A DNA stretch of 64,000 bases from Eubacteriales bacterium (GCA_045578385.1 JAZNKD010000034.1:10234-74233); one strand, 5' to 3'; positions 37,996-48,313 are shown, counted from the stretch's first letter. The notes: generated by a model not told the origin, from the sequence alone. Numbers and translations are program-made.

Positions 37996-38820
37996 ATGGT
38001 AGCTCTTTATATTTCGGTTCCCATTATTGTTATTCTCGGTATTTGGATTTTTCTGATTGCACCGGGAAAAAACAAAAAGATGGAATATTACAAAGCGGTA
38101 AAATATGCTCACAGAGGATTGCACGGAACAGTCGGCGGCGATTCCTTTGCTGCTGAAAATTCGCTTACGGCATTCGCACGCGCGGCAGACCGCGGGTTTG
38201 GTATTGAGCTTGATATTCAGGTAACGAAGGACGGAGAGGTTGTTGTTTTTCACGACAATACCCTCGACAGAGTTACGGGCGCGCCGGGGAAAATTAAGGA
38301 TTTTACCCTTGAAGAATTAAAAAAGTTCTCGCTTCTCGGAACCGACGATACCATTCCGACATTTAGCGAGGTGCTTGCTCTTGTAAACGGCAGAGTTCCG
38401 CTTTTGGTTGAGCTTAAGGAAACCACCTTCGACCATTCGATATCCGAAAAAACCGCTGAAATTTTAAAGGATTACGACGGTGAATTTATAGTTGAATCCT
38501 TCAGTCCGTTTGCTTTTGGCGCAATAAAAGAAAAGCTTCCGGAAACACCGTGCGGCTTCCTTGCGGATAAGCATACCGCAAACCCTAAATGCAGATCTGT
38601 GAAATTCAGATTGATGCAGAGACTTCTGTTTAATTTTGTGTGCAGACCGTCGTTTATTGCACTTAACCATAAGACACCGAAGCTTTTTCCCGTAGGTCTT
38701 GTCAAAAAGTTGTTCGGAACGCCTACGATAGCTTGGACCGTGCGGTCTGCAGAGGAAGAAAAAGAAGCTTACAAAAACGGATTTTCAGGAGTTATTTTCG
38801 AAAATTATATACCCGAATAA
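37996..38820 (+). CDS. Glycerophosphodiester phosphodiesterase with N-terminal TM
   Basis: AHRG, ENS, IELDIQVTKDG..VVFHD, ELK and AWTV. Confidence 0.9.
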   Translation: MVALYISVPIIVILGIWIFLIAPGKNKKMEYYKAVKYAHRGLHGTVGGDSFAAENSLTAFARAADRGFGIELDIQVTKDGEVVVFHDNTLDRVTGAPGKIKDFTLEELKKFSLLGTDDTIPTFSEVLALVNGRVPLLVELKETTFDHSISEKTAEILKDYDGEFIVESFSPFAFGAIKEKLPETPCGFLADKHTANPKCRSVKFRLMQRLLFNFVCRPSFIALNHKTPKLFPVGLVKKLFGTPTIAWTVRSAEEEKEAYKNGFSGVIFENYIPE

Positions 38821-38832
38821 AAGGAAACTTAA

Positions 38833-39957
38833 ATGAAATTACAACTTGTTGCAACCTGCCTTTTTGGGCTTGAGCATCTTCTTGGCGAGGAGATAGATGC
38901 TCTGGGTTACGAGCGCATTTCGACGATAGACGGACGTGTAACCTTTCTTGGAGATGAGCAGGCAATAGCTCTCTCTAACGTATTTTTCAGATATGCCGAA
39001 AGGGTTCTCATAAAAGTAGGCTCTTTCGAAGCGAGAAGCTTTACGGAGCTTTTTGACGGTGTTTACGAGATGCCGTGGGATAATTTTATAGGTAAGCTTG
39101 ATGCTTTTCCCGTTAAGGGACATTCTATAAAATCAGACCTTTACTCTATCCCCGACTGTCAGTCTATAATAAAAAAAGCCATAGTAAAAAAGCTTTCTTC
39201 TATATACGGAATAACGCTGTTTCCCGAGGAACGTGTTAAATACCAGATAGAGTTCTTTATCTTAAACAATGAAGCAACTCTTATGATAGATACAAGCGGT
39301 GTGCCTCTTCATAAAAGAGGATACCGAAAAGAATCCAACGACGCACCGATAAGGGAAACGCTTGCTGCAGCTATCGCAAAGACCTCGAGACCGAGAGAAG
39401 AAGTTCTTTTATGGGACCCGATGTGCGGAAGCGGAACGATAGCGATTGAAGCGGCAATGCTTATGAACAACATAGCGCCGGGCAAGTCGAGAGGATTTGC
39501 AGCGGAGAGCTTCCCGTTTATCAAAAAAAGCCTTTGGACTGATGCGAGAGAGGAAGCGATAGAGGGAGAAATCAAAACAAAATTTGAGGTATTTGCTTCG
39601 GATATCGATTCTGCTTGTATTGAGCTTACAAAGAAAAATGCAAGAATCGCCGGGGTATCCGATACGGTCACGGCTTTCGTTTGTAACGCGCTTGATATTG
39701 AGGCTCCGGGCAGACGTGCAACGATTGTAACCAATCCTCCGTATGGAGAGAGGCTAATGAACGTATCGGAAGTGGAGCAGTTATATCGCAGGATGGGCAG
39801 GCATTTCAGAAGCCTTGAGCCCTGGCAGGCTTATATAATCACGTCTCATAAGGGTTTTGAAACGTTTTACGGCAGACGCGCGGATAAGGTTAAAAAGTTA
39901 TATAACGGTATGATACCGTGTTATCTTTATCAATTTTTCAAAAAAGTCAACAAATAG
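38833..39957 (+). CDS. THUMP-domain rRNA methyltransferase (RlmL/YpsC-like)
   Basis: FGLE, LHKRGYR, APIRETLAA, DPMCGSGT and NPPYGER. Confidence 0.9.
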   Translation: MKLQLVATCLFGLEHLLGEEIDALGYERISTIDGRVTFLGDEQAIALSNVFFRYAERVLIKVGSFEARSFTELFDGVYEMPWDNFIGKLDAFPVKGHSIKSDLYSIPDCQSIIKKAIVKKLSSIYGITLFPEERVKYQIEFFILNNEATLMIDTSGVPLHKRGYRKESNDAPIRETLAAAIAKTSRPREEVLLWDPMCGSGTIAIEAAMLMNNIAPGKSRGFAAESFPFIKKSLWTDAREEAIEGEIKTKFEVFASDIDSACIELTKKNARIAGVSDTVTAFVCNALDIEAPGRRATIVTNPPYGERLMNVSEVEQLYRRMGRHFRSLEPWQAYIITSHKGFETFYGRRADKVKKLYNGMIPCYLYQFFKKVNK

Positions 39958-40301
39958 AACTGTAAGATGTGAAATATAAAAAGTGAATTTTGGGTGAAAA
40001 CACTCCGTAACTATAAATAACTGCGGTGCGCTAAATTCAAAGAAACCGATAAATTGGCAACGGTATTTTTAAAGGCCGTATGGGTATGCGCTGTTCTTGT
40101 ATACCGTGATAGTATTAACGTGACTTTAAGCTTAGCATTAAGGACATTTTGAAAATTTTACGCTTATTCCGGTAAAAGAGAGATAGGCAACAAACGAAAA
40201 GTTTTTAAGATATTTGATGTTTATTAATAGCTTTTTCACAAAATAATGTTAAAATAAAGGAAAGAAATTTAATTTTCAACTTATCAAATGTCGGAGGGAA
40301 T

Positions 40302-41609
40302 ATGAAAAATACAGCGAGATTTTTTTCACTTTTACTATTATTAGGCATTATTTCGTCGCTCTTTACGTCGTGTCTTTGGATGGCTCCCGGCAGTCTTACA
40401 GGCGATACGGACAGCAAAAATAAGGAATACGTTACAAAAGACGAGGTAGAGGATCTTATTGATGGAATTGAGGAAAACGTTACGGTAAACGGCGGAGATA
40501 ATTTTAACGTCGAGATAAACTCTAGCGGAAATCAGAATCTCCTTGCCGCAAGCAAAGGATTGCTTTCGGCGGTATCCGTTCACTGTAACTTTGAGATAAC
40601 AACCGTAAGCACGCCTATATTTGGGCAGCCGACGAGTAAAACCGAAACAATTCCCGCTGCCGGATCGGGAGTTATATATCAGCTTGATAAAAACAAGGGC
40701 TCTGCATATATAATTACGAATTATCACGTGGTATATTACAAGGGAGCTAACACGGATGATGATATCAGTGACGATATTACCGTTCATCTTTACGGCCTTG
40801 AGGATGATAAATATGCCATTAACGCAGAGTATATCGGCGGCTCTATGAACTACGATATAGCGGTGCTTGAGGTGAAGAACAGTGACGTTTTGCGAACAAG
40901 CAACGCTATGGCAGCGGAATTTGCCGATTCAAACAGCATTGCAATTCTCGATACTGCGATTGCCATTGGAAACCCCGAAGATTTCGGACTTTCGGCAACT
41001 GTGGGAGCCGTTAACGTTGAGAGCGAAACTATAGTAATGACAAGCGTTGACGGAAGCGCGTATATCTCGCTTCGTGTTATCCGCACGGATGCGGCGGTAA
41101 ACGGCGGTAATTCAGGTGGTGGACTCTTCAACGACAAGGGACAGATAATCGGTATAGTTAATGCAAAAATGTCCGATAGCTCTATTGATAATATCGGATA
41201 CGCAATTCCTTCAAACGTTGCAAAATACGTTGCGGACAATATCATTTATTATAATAATCAGGATGCGAAAAACGACTGTGTTTACAGAGCTTTAATCGGC
41301 ATTACCGTAGGTGTTGAATCTTCAGGTACGCTCTACGATACCGAAACCGGCAGAATAACACGATACGAAGACGTAAAGGTAGAAGAAGTGACCGAGGGAA
41401 CGCTCTCCGACGGAAAGCTTAAGTCCGGCGATATAATAAGATCCGTTTCCGTAGACGGAGTAACATACGAGGTAAAGAGAACCTTTAACGTCGTTGATAT
41501 AATGCTTACTGCAAGAAAAACCAGCAGCGTCGTTATAAACATCGAAAGAAACGGCGAAAGGCTTTCGGTAGAATTTGACATGTCAAAAGCCGAGCTTTCA
41601 GCATGGTAA
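40302..41609 (+). CDS. HtrA/S1C serine protease with PDZ (lipoprotein)
   Basis: Lipobox FTSC; TNYHV, DIAV and GNSGG triad. Confidence 0.9.
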   Translation: MKNTARFFSLLLLLGIISSLFTSCLWMAPGSLTGDTDSKNKEYVTKDEVEDLIDGIEENVTVNGGDNFNVEINSSGNQNLLAASKGLLSAVSVHCNFEITTVSTPIFGQPTSKTETIPAAGSGVIYQLDKNKGSAYIITNYHVVYYKGANTDDDISDDITVHLYGLEDDKYAINAEYIGGSMNYDIAVLEVKNSDVLRTSNAMAAEFADSNSIAILDTAIAIGNPEDFGLSATVGAVNVESETIVMTSVDGSAYISLRVIRTDAAVNGGNSGGGLFNDKGQIIGIVNAKMSDSSIDNIGYAIPSNVAKYVADNIIYYNNQDAKNDCVYRALIGITVGVESSGTLYDTETGRITRYEDVKVEEVTEGTLSDGKLKSGDIIRSVSVDGVTYEVKRTFNVVDIMLTARKTSSVVINIERNGERLSVEFDMSKAELSAW

Positions 41610-41618
41610 GACAAATAG

Positions 41619-41659
41619 AAACCCACAAAATGTAATCGCAGGCTATGTTTTGTGGGTTT
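41619..41659 (+). terminator. Terminator after HtrA-like gene
   Basis: AAACCCACAAAA / TTTTGTGGGTTT inverted repeat. Confidence 0.7.
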
Positions 41660-41806
41660 TTACTATCTTTTGTTATTTACTTTGCGTTTTTCATTTTTTA
41701 TGAGCTTATAACTCAAGAACATTTAAAGATGGTTATTGAACAGGGGAACGGAAGAATTCCATTTTTATGCAAGCATTGTTTTCCTTTTCATATATTAAAA
41801 AATCCC

Positions 41807-41835
41807 TTGACTGAAAGTCAAAAATGTGGCATAAT
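41807..41835 (+). promoter_or_regulatory. Sigma-A promoter with a palindrome over the -35 element
   Basis: TTGACT-17nt-CATAAT; TTGACT-GAA-AGTCAA inverted repeat at 41807-41821. Confidence 0.65.
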
Positions 41836-41870
41836 ATATGAGTAAATATTTTATTAAGGAGTGTTTGCGA

Positions 41871-43298
41871 ATGAAAGATATAGTAATTATCGGAGCTGGT
41901 GTTATCGGCGGTGCGGTAGCAAGAGAGCTTTCGAAGTACAAGCTTGATATATGTATAGTTGAAAAATGCTCTGACGTTGCTATGGGCGCAACCAGAGCGA
42001 ACAGCGCAATAGTTCACGCGGGATTCGATGCAAAAGAGGGCAGTCTCAAAGCCAAGCTTAACGTTATGGGATCTGAAATGATGGAGGATTACGCAAGAGA
42101 GCTTGGCGTAAAGTATAAGAGAAACGGTTCGCTTGTAGTAGGTTTTTCCGACGAAGATAAAAAGGCTCTCGAGGAGCTTCGCATAAGAGGTGAAAACAAC
42201 GGAGTCAGAGATTTAAAAGTTCTTTCCCGTGAAGAAGTGCTCAAAATAGAGCCTGCCGTTGGCGAGGGGGTTACCTGCGCGCTTCACGCTCCCACGGGCG
42301 CAATAATTTGTCCTTACGAGCTTTGTATGGCTACGGTTGGAAACGCAATGGATAACGGTGCAGAGCTTAAGCTTAACTTCGAGGTTAAGTCTATAGAAAA
42401 AACCGCAGACGGATATAAAGTATCTTCGGAAAAGGAAACGATATATGCTAAGTACGTTGTTAACTGCGCGGGAGTTTATTCCGATGCGATTGCAAAAATG
42501 GCAGGCGACGATAGCTTTGAGATAATTCCCAGGCGAGGCGAATATATGCTTCTTGATAAGGAGTGCGGAAATCTTGTTTCTCACACTATTTTTCGCTGTC
42601 CCTCTAAAATGGGCAAGGGAATTCTTGTTTCTCCGACTGTTGACGGCAATCTTCTTCTCGGTCCTACCGCTGAAAACATAGAAGATAAAGAGGATAAATC
42701 AACCACTGCGGAGGGCCTTGCTAAAGTAAGAATGCAGGCAACCGAGCAGGTTTCGGGCATCAATTTTGGAAAAATAATCACGTCGTTCACCGGACTTAGA
42801 AGCGTTGGCTCAACGGGAGATTTTATTATAAACGAAAAAGACGGATTTATTAACGCTGCGGGAATAGAGAGCCCCGGTCTTTCATCCTCTCCTGCAATCG
42901 GACAGTACGTAAGAGAGCTTATTGAAGCATCGGGTGCAAAGCTTGTGAAGAAGGATAAGTTCAACGCAAGAAGACGCCCTATGCATTATTTCAAGGAATG
43001 CACGGAAGAGGAGAAAAACGCAATAATCGCTGAAAATCCTGCATATGCACATATTATATGCCGTTGCGAGATGACGAGCGAGGGCGAAATCGTTGAGGCT
43101 ATTCACACTAATCCGAGACCTTACGACCTTGACGCAATAAAGAGAAGGACGCGTTCCGGAATGGGACGGTGCCAGGGTGGCTTCTGCTCTCCTTACGTAG
43201 TTGAAATTCTTGCCCGTGAGCTTGGGGTTGATTATACCGAAATAACTAAGTTCGGCGGTGAATCATACATCAATATAGGAAAAACAAAGGAGGTATGA
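41871..43298 (+). CDS. FAD-dependent oxidoreductase with C-terminal BFD-like [2Fe-2S] domain (glycerol-3-phosphate dehydrogenase-like subunit)
   Basis: IIGAGVIG, ANSAIVHAG, GIESPGL, ICRCE and GMGRCQGGFC. Confidence 0.85.
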   Translation: MKDIVIIGAGVIGGAVARELSKYKLDICIVEKCSDVAMGATRANSAIVHAGFDAKEGSLKAKLNVMGSEMMEDYARELGVKYKRNGSLVVGFSDEDKKALEELRIRGENNGVRDLKVLSREEVLKIEPAVGEGVTCALHAPTGAIICPYELCMATVGNAMDNGAELKLNFEVKSIEKTADGYKVSSEKETIYAKYVVNCAGVYSDAIAKMAGDDSFEIIPRRGEYMLLDKECGNLVSHTIFRCPSKMGKGILVSPTVDGNLLLGPTAENIEDKEDKSTTAEGLAKVRMQATEQVSGINFGKIITSFTGLRSVGSTGDFIINEKDGFINAAGIESPGLSSSPAIGQYVRELIEASGAKLVKKDKFNARRRPMHYFKECTEEEKNAIIAENPAYAHIICRCEMTSEGEIVEAIHTNPRPYDLDAIKRRTRSGMGRCQGGFCSPYVVEILARELGVDYTEITKFGGESYINIGKTKEV

Positions 43299-44569
43299 TT
43301 ATGAATTCTAAGGCAATTAAAGAAATAAACTGCGAGCTCGTTGTAGTGGGTGGCGGTCCTGCAGGAATGGCGGCGGCTGTTGCTGCTTACGAGGACGGAC
43401 TTCGTGATATACTTATTCTCGAGCGAGATGATAATCTTGGCGGTATACTTCGTCAATGCATACACAACGGTTTTGGCTTGCATCGCTTCGGCGAGGAGCT
43501 TACGGGTCCCGAATATGCTTACAGATACGAGAAAATGGTAAAGGATTACGGTATACCGTTTATGACGGATACTATGGTAACCTCTATTACAAAAGACAGA
43601 GTTGTTACGGCTCAGAATACGAAAGAGGGAATTTTCAAAATACACGCGGGCGCTGTAATTCTTGCTATGGGCTGCCGTGAGCGTCCGAAGGGGGCTCTTA
43701 ACATTGCGGGCTGCCGTCCTGCAGGTATTTATACCGCAGGTACTGCGCAGAAATTTGTTAATATGAAAGGCTATATGCCCGGACGCGAGGTAGTTATACT
43801 CGGCTCGGGTGATATCGGTCTCATTATGGCAAGAAGAATGACGCTTGAGGGAGCAAAGGTAAAGGCTGTATGCGAGCTTATGCCTTATTCGGGCGGCCTT
43901 GCAAGAAATATAGAGCAGTGCCTTAAGGATTTTAATATTCCTCTTATGCTCAGTCATACTGTAGTTGAGATACACGGTAAGGAAAGACTTACGGGCGTTA
44001 CTATAGGTAAGGTCGATGAAAACAGACGTCCCATTCCCGAGAGCTTTGAATATATCCCTTGTGACACGCTTCTTCTTTCTTGCGGACTTATCCCTGAAAA
44101 CGAGCTTACAAAGGATGCCGGTATTTCTCTTGACAGAGTAACTAACGGTGCCGTAGTTGACGGTGACAGAGAGACCGAAATAGAGGGCGTATTCGCTTGC
44201 GGTAACGTGCTTCACGTTCACGACCTCGTTGATTACGTTTCCGAGGAAGCTGCTATTGCGGGTCGCGCTGCTGTAAGATTTATCCGTAAGGAAATCGGTA
44301 AAAATATAAAACTTTCTATAAAGACGGACGGTAAAATAAGATATACAGTTCCGCAGAAGCTCACCGAAGTTACCCCTACCAGAGTTTATTTCAGAGTTGC
44401 CGATGTTTATCGTGACAAAAAGATAGTTGTATCTGTTGGCGATAAGGTGCTTTATGAGAAGAAAAAGCAAAAGCTCGCTCCGGGTGAAATGGAAACAGTT
44501 GAGCTTACCGATAAAATGATTGCCGAAGCTAAAGAGCTTGGCGATACTCTTGAATTTAAGCTTGCGTAA
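43295..44569 (+). CDS. Pyridine nucleotide-disulfide oxidoreductase (partner subunit)
   Basis: GGGPAG, QCIHNGFG, GCRER, GSGDIG and GNVLHVHDLVD. Confidence 0.85.
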   Translation: MIMNSKAIKEINCELVVVGGGPAGMAAAVAAYEDGLRDILILERDDNLGGILRQCIHNGFGLHRFGEELTGPEYAYRYEKMVKDYGIPFMTDTMVTSITKDRVVTAQNTKEGIFKIHAGAVILAMGCRERPKGALNIAGCRPAGIYTAGTAQKFVNMKGYMPGREVVILGSGDIGLIMARRMTLEGAKVKAVCELMPYSGGLARNIEQCLKDFNIPLMLSHTVVEIHGKERLTGVTIGKVDENRRPIPESFEYIPCDTLLLSCGLIPENELTKDAGISLDRVTNGAVVDGDRETEIEGVFACGNVLHVHDLVDYVSEEAAIAGRAAVRFIRKEIGKNIKLSIKTDGKIRYTVPQKLTEVTPTRVYFRVADVYRDKKIVVSVGDKVLYEKKKQKLAPGEMETVELTDKMIAEAKELGDTLEFKLA

Positions 44570-44581
44570 GGGGGAACAAAA

Positions 44582-44935
44582 ATGAATAAAAGAGAACTTA
44601 CATGTATTGTATGTCCGAGAGGCTGCGCTCTCGTTTGCGAGCTTGATGATAACGGAAAGCTTGTCAGCGTTACTGGTAATCTTTGTCCCCGCGGAAAAAA
44701 ATACGCTGACGATGAATGTACCAATCCTATGCGTGTTGTCACCAGCACTGTAAGATGCGAGGACGGTGCTGTCGTAAGCTGCAAAACCTCGACGAGTATT
44801 CCGAAATCTCTCGTTCTTGAAGCTATGAGGGTTATAAATTCTACGAAAGCGCCTTCATCTGTGAAAATAGGCGACGTTATTATCGAGAATATTCTCGGCA
44901 CGGGTGCGGATGTAATCGCTACTGCAAACAAATAA
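44582..44935 (+). CDS. DUF1667 CxxC metal-binding protein
   Basis: TCIVCPRGC, GNLCPRG and NPMRVVTSTV. Confidence 0.85.
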   Translation: MNKRELTCIVCPRGCALVCELDDNGKLVSVTGNLCPRGKKYADDECTNPMRVVTSTVRCEDGAVVSCKTSTSIPKSLVLEAMRVINSTKAPSSVKIGDVIIENILGTGADVIATANK

Positions 44936-45035
44936 AGCAATTTAGAATCCATATTTTTGACTCGTATCAGCTTTTGGACTTATAGTCGGAATAACTTATA
45001 TTTTGCTTTGATTTTCCCGTTTCAACGGTAAACAC

Positions 45036-45071
45036 GAGGGTAACTTGAGTTTTCGGATTTGAGCTGCCCTC
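45036..45071 (+). terminator. Possible terminator
   Basis: Imperfect GAGGGTAAC / GCTGCCCTC stem with short T tail. Confidence 0.4.
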
Positions 45072-45147
45072 TTTCGTATACTGATTATTTTGAAGCTTGA
45101 TTAGTGTAAATATCATTCTGTCAATAATGAATAAAAAAGGAGTTTAT

Positions 45148-46020
45148 ATGGTAAACGTTTATTTCACAAGAGAGATAACCCCCGATGCGTGTAAGAAATT
45201 ATACGACCTTCTTATTGAGGAAAGATGCGGTGTTCTTCCCGCTCCCGTTGCGGTAAAGGTTCATTCGGGAGAAGTGGGAAATCAGAATTTTATAAAGCCC
45301 GAGTTTTTTAAGCCCGTTATAGCTGCATCGGGCGGGGTTGTTACAGAGTGTAACACCGCTTATGACGGGGGCAGAGATACGACAGAAAAGCATGTTAAAA
45401 CCTTGAAAAAGCACGGATGGAGTGAGTATTTTGAGGTAGACCTCCTTGATGCCGAAGGTCCGGATTTGTGTCTTGATATCCCTGACGGTAAGATGATAAA
45501 AAAGAATTATGTAGGTAAGAATATAGAAAAATATTCATCATCTCTTGTTCTCTCTCATTTCAAGGGACATCCTATGGGGGGATACGGAGGCGCTATAAAA
45601 CAGTTATCCATAGGCTTCGCTTCGTCGTTTGGCAAGAAATATATACATGGTTCAGGCGACCCCGTGACGAGTTTTGCGGGCGACCACGATAGCTTCCTTG
45701 CTTCTATGGCGGACGCCGCAAAGAGCGTTATTGATTTATTTGAAGGTAATATTGCGTATATAAACGTTATGAAAAATATGTCGGTCGACTGTGATTGTTG
45801 CGCCAAAGCAGAAGACCCTTGCATTGAGGATATAGGTATTCTTGCATCCCTCGATCCCGTAGCTATAGACAAGGCTTGTCTTGACTTGGTATATGCGTGC
45901 GACGACAAGGGAAAGGGGCATCTTATTGAGAGAATTGAATCGAGAAACGGTGCATATACAATCGAGTGCGCTGAAAAACTCGGTATTGGCACTACCAAAT
46001 ACAAACTTATAGAAATTTGA
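45148..46020 (+). CDS. DUF362-domain protein without ferredoxin insert
   Basis: VAVKVHSGE, ECNTAY.G.R, SHFKGHPMGGYGGAIK, VDCDC and DPVAIDKA. Confidence 0.8.
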   Translation: MVNVYFTREITPDACKKLYDLLIEERCGVLPAPVAVKVHSGEVGNQNFIKPEFFKPVIAASGGVVTECNTAYDGGRDTTEKHVKTLKKHGWSEYFEVDLLDAEGPDLCLDIPDGKMIKKNYVGKNIEKYSSSLVLSHFKGHPMGGYGGAIKQLSIGFASSFGKKYIHGSGDPVTSFAGDHDSFLASMADAAKSVIDLFEGNIAYINVMKNMSVDCDCCAKAEDPCIEDIGILASLDPVAIDKACLDLVYACDDKGKGHLIERIESRNGAYTIECAEKLGIGTTKYKLIEI

Positions 46021-46076
46021 AAATAAAAGTTTATAAAACAGCCTTATTTTTTAACTGTAAGAAAGGAGTGGTATAA

Positions 46077-48185
46077 ATGAAAAGAAAATCCGAAATTCCC
46101 GAGCTTCTTGCTCCTGCAGGTGATTTTCGAGCTTTGATAGCAGCAATACTAGGCGGTGCGGATGCGATTTATCTCGGCGGCGAAAGGTTCGGAGCGCGAG
46201 CTTACGCGAAGAACTTTACCGAGGAAGAACTTTCCTCTGCGATAAAGCTTTGTCATTTGTGGGGAGTGAGAGTTTATACCACCCTTAATACGCTTCTGTT
46301 TGATAAAGAGCTTGACGATGCGGTGAGCTATGCCGCGAGCCTTCACGCTATGGGCGTCGATGCGCTTATCGTATCCGACGTCGGCGTAATATCGGCAATA
46401 AGAAAAGCTGTTCCCGAGCTTGAGCTTCACGCTTCCACGCAAATGGCTGTTCATAATACCGAGGGTGTCAACTTCGCAAAGAGACTTGGGTGCAAAAGAG
46501 TTGTGCTTGCGAGAGAATGTTCTTCGGATGATATTAAGAATATAACAGAGCAGTCGGAAGCAGAAATAGAGGTTTTTTTGCACGGAGCTTTATGCGTTTG
46601 TCATTCGGGGCAATGTCTTTTCTCATCTATGGTTGGAGGCAGAAGCGGAAATCGCGGAGAATGTGCTCAACCATGCCGTTTGCCGTATAATAACGGAAAA
46701 TATCCGCTATCATTAAAGGATTTATCGCTTTCGGAGCATATAGAGGAGCTTATAAATTCCGGGGTCTCGTCCTTGAAAATTGAGGGGCGTATGAAATCAC
46801 CGGATTACGTATACGAGGTAACGAGAATTTACAGAGAGCTGCTTGACCGAAAGAGAAATTCAAATAAAAACGAAAGACAAAGACTTCTCGATATCTTTTC
46901 AAGAGGCGGTTTTACCGACGGGTATTTCACGGGCGATATATTCCGTACTATGACTGGTGTGAGAAGTGAAGAAGAAAAGCTTGTATCGCGCGAGCTTTCG
47001 GGGCAAACGTTCGAGCTTCCAAAGCATCCCATAAGTATGAAGGCATCGTTTAAAAAGGGAGAGCCTGCAAGACTTACTCTGACTCTTGAGGTTGCTTCTC
47101 GTGAAAAAAACGGTGGCGGCTGCTTATTAAAAGTCGGTGCGATTGGAGAAGTTCCAAACAAGGCTGAAAATTCACCGCTTACCGAGGACGGTCTTTTCGC
47201 GCGACTTTCAAAAATGGGCAACACCCCTTTTTCGCTTTCCCGAGAAAACTTTGAAATTGTCCTTGATGATGGATTAAATCTTCCGCCCTCGTCAATTAAT
47301 GCCTTGCGTCGAGATGCGGTCGCTATGCTTGAAAGAAAGCTTGCCTTAAAGTTTGACAGAATACTTAGTAAAGAAGACGAAACAATCAACGTCAATGATG
47401 TTTACATAAAGAAAACAGAACAAAGAAACAAGAAAAAGCTTAAAACTGCTATCTTTTTCAAAAAAGAGGTGTTGGAAAAGCTTATCGCTAAAAACGGCGA
47501 GCTGTTAAGCGATATCGATATATTTTTTATACCTCTTTTGGATTACGAAAAAATAAATGAACAAGGAAGACAGAAGGTCAAAGGCGTATATCTTCCGCCC
47601 GTCGTTATGGAAAGGGAATGGAGCGAGGTCTCGGAGTTTGCCGTTAAAGCTAGAGAGCTTGGCGCAGAGTACGCTCTTGTCGGCAACGTATCGCATATCG
47701 CTTTGGCGGAACGTTCGGGGCTTATTCCCATAGGCGACTTTAGGCTGAACGTAACAAATTCCGAAAGCTTAAAGCTTTATTATTCTTGCGGCGTTGAAGA
47801 TATTATACTTTCTCCCGAGCTTACCTTGCCCCAAGCACGAGATATATCGGGCGGCGTTATAACACTTGGAAGAATCCCTCTGATGCTGACCGAAAGATGC
47901 TTAGTTAAAGAAAATTTCGGGTGCGAAAAATGCGGAGCGGCATATTTCACTGATAGAAAGGGTGCAAAATTTCCGATTTTACGAGAGTTTGTACATAGAA
48001 ATATAATTTTCAATTCATCACCAACGTATATGGGAGATAAAAAGACGGATTTGCGCGCATCGGGAATATTACACGAGCATTTTATTTTCTCGTCCGAGAG
48101 TGAAGACGAATGTATAAGAATGCTTGGAGCTTACAAACGCAAAGACTCTTTGCCTTTTCCGCACAGGAGAATCGGAAAGAGATAA
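46077..48185 (+). CDS. U32-family protein with long C-terminal (DUF3656-like) region; probable RlhA-type RNA hydroxylation protein
   Basis: PELLAPAG, HASTQ, LARE, HGALCVCHSGQC, NRGECAQPCR and KIEGRMK; 702 aa. Confidence 0.85.
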   Translation: MKRKSEIPELLAPAGDFRALIAAILGGADAIYLGGERFGARAYAKNFTEEELSSAIKLCHLWGVRVYTTLNTLLFDKELDDAVSYAASLHAMGVDALIVSDVGVISAIRKAVPELELHASTQMAVHNTEGVNFAKRLGCKRVVLARECSSDDIKNITEQSEAEIEVFLHGALCVCHSGQCLFSSMVGGRSGNRGECAQPCRLPYNNGKYPLSLKDLSLSEHIEELINSGVSSLKIEGRMKSPDYVYEVTRIYRELLDRKRNSNKNERQRLLDIFSRGGFTDGYFTGDIFRTMTGVRSEEEKLVSRELSGQTFELPKHPISMKASFKKGEPARLTLTLEVASREKNGGGCLLKVGAIGEVPNKAENSPLTEDGLFARLSKMGNTPFSLSRENFEIVLDDGLNLPPSSINALRRDAVAMLERKLALKFDRILSKEDETINVNDVYIKKTEQRNKKKLKTAIFFKKEVLEKLIAKNGELLSDIDIFFIPLLDYEKINEQGRQKVKGVYLPPVVMEREWSEVSEFAVKARELGAEYALVGNVSHIALAERSGLIPIGDFRLNVTNSESLKLYYSCGVEDIILSPELTLPQARDISGGVITLGRIPLMLTERCLVKENFGCEKCGAAYFTDRKGAKFPILREFVHRNIIFNSSPTYMGDKKTDLRASGILHEHFIFSSESEDECIRMLGAYKRKDSLPFPHRRIGKR

Positions 48186-48226
48186 GCACGAAAAACATCT
48201 CAAGACTTTATATGTAAATAATTATA

Positions 48227-48313
48227 TACAAAAACTCGTTTGGAACATTTTTTGGAGTTCCAAACGAGTTTTTGTAAAAAGCAGAATACCATATTTACGA
48301 TATTCTGCTTTTT
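48227..48313. terminator. Tandem pair of hairpins between convergent genes
   Basis: Perfect 20-bp stem at 48227-48276, then a 13-bp stem at 48276-48313. Confidence 0.75.

Noticed and set aside
43232-44470. 412-aa antisense ORF opposite the oxidoreductase
   Set aside because: No recognisable motif or RBS; consistent with a shadow frame produced by sense-strand codon bias
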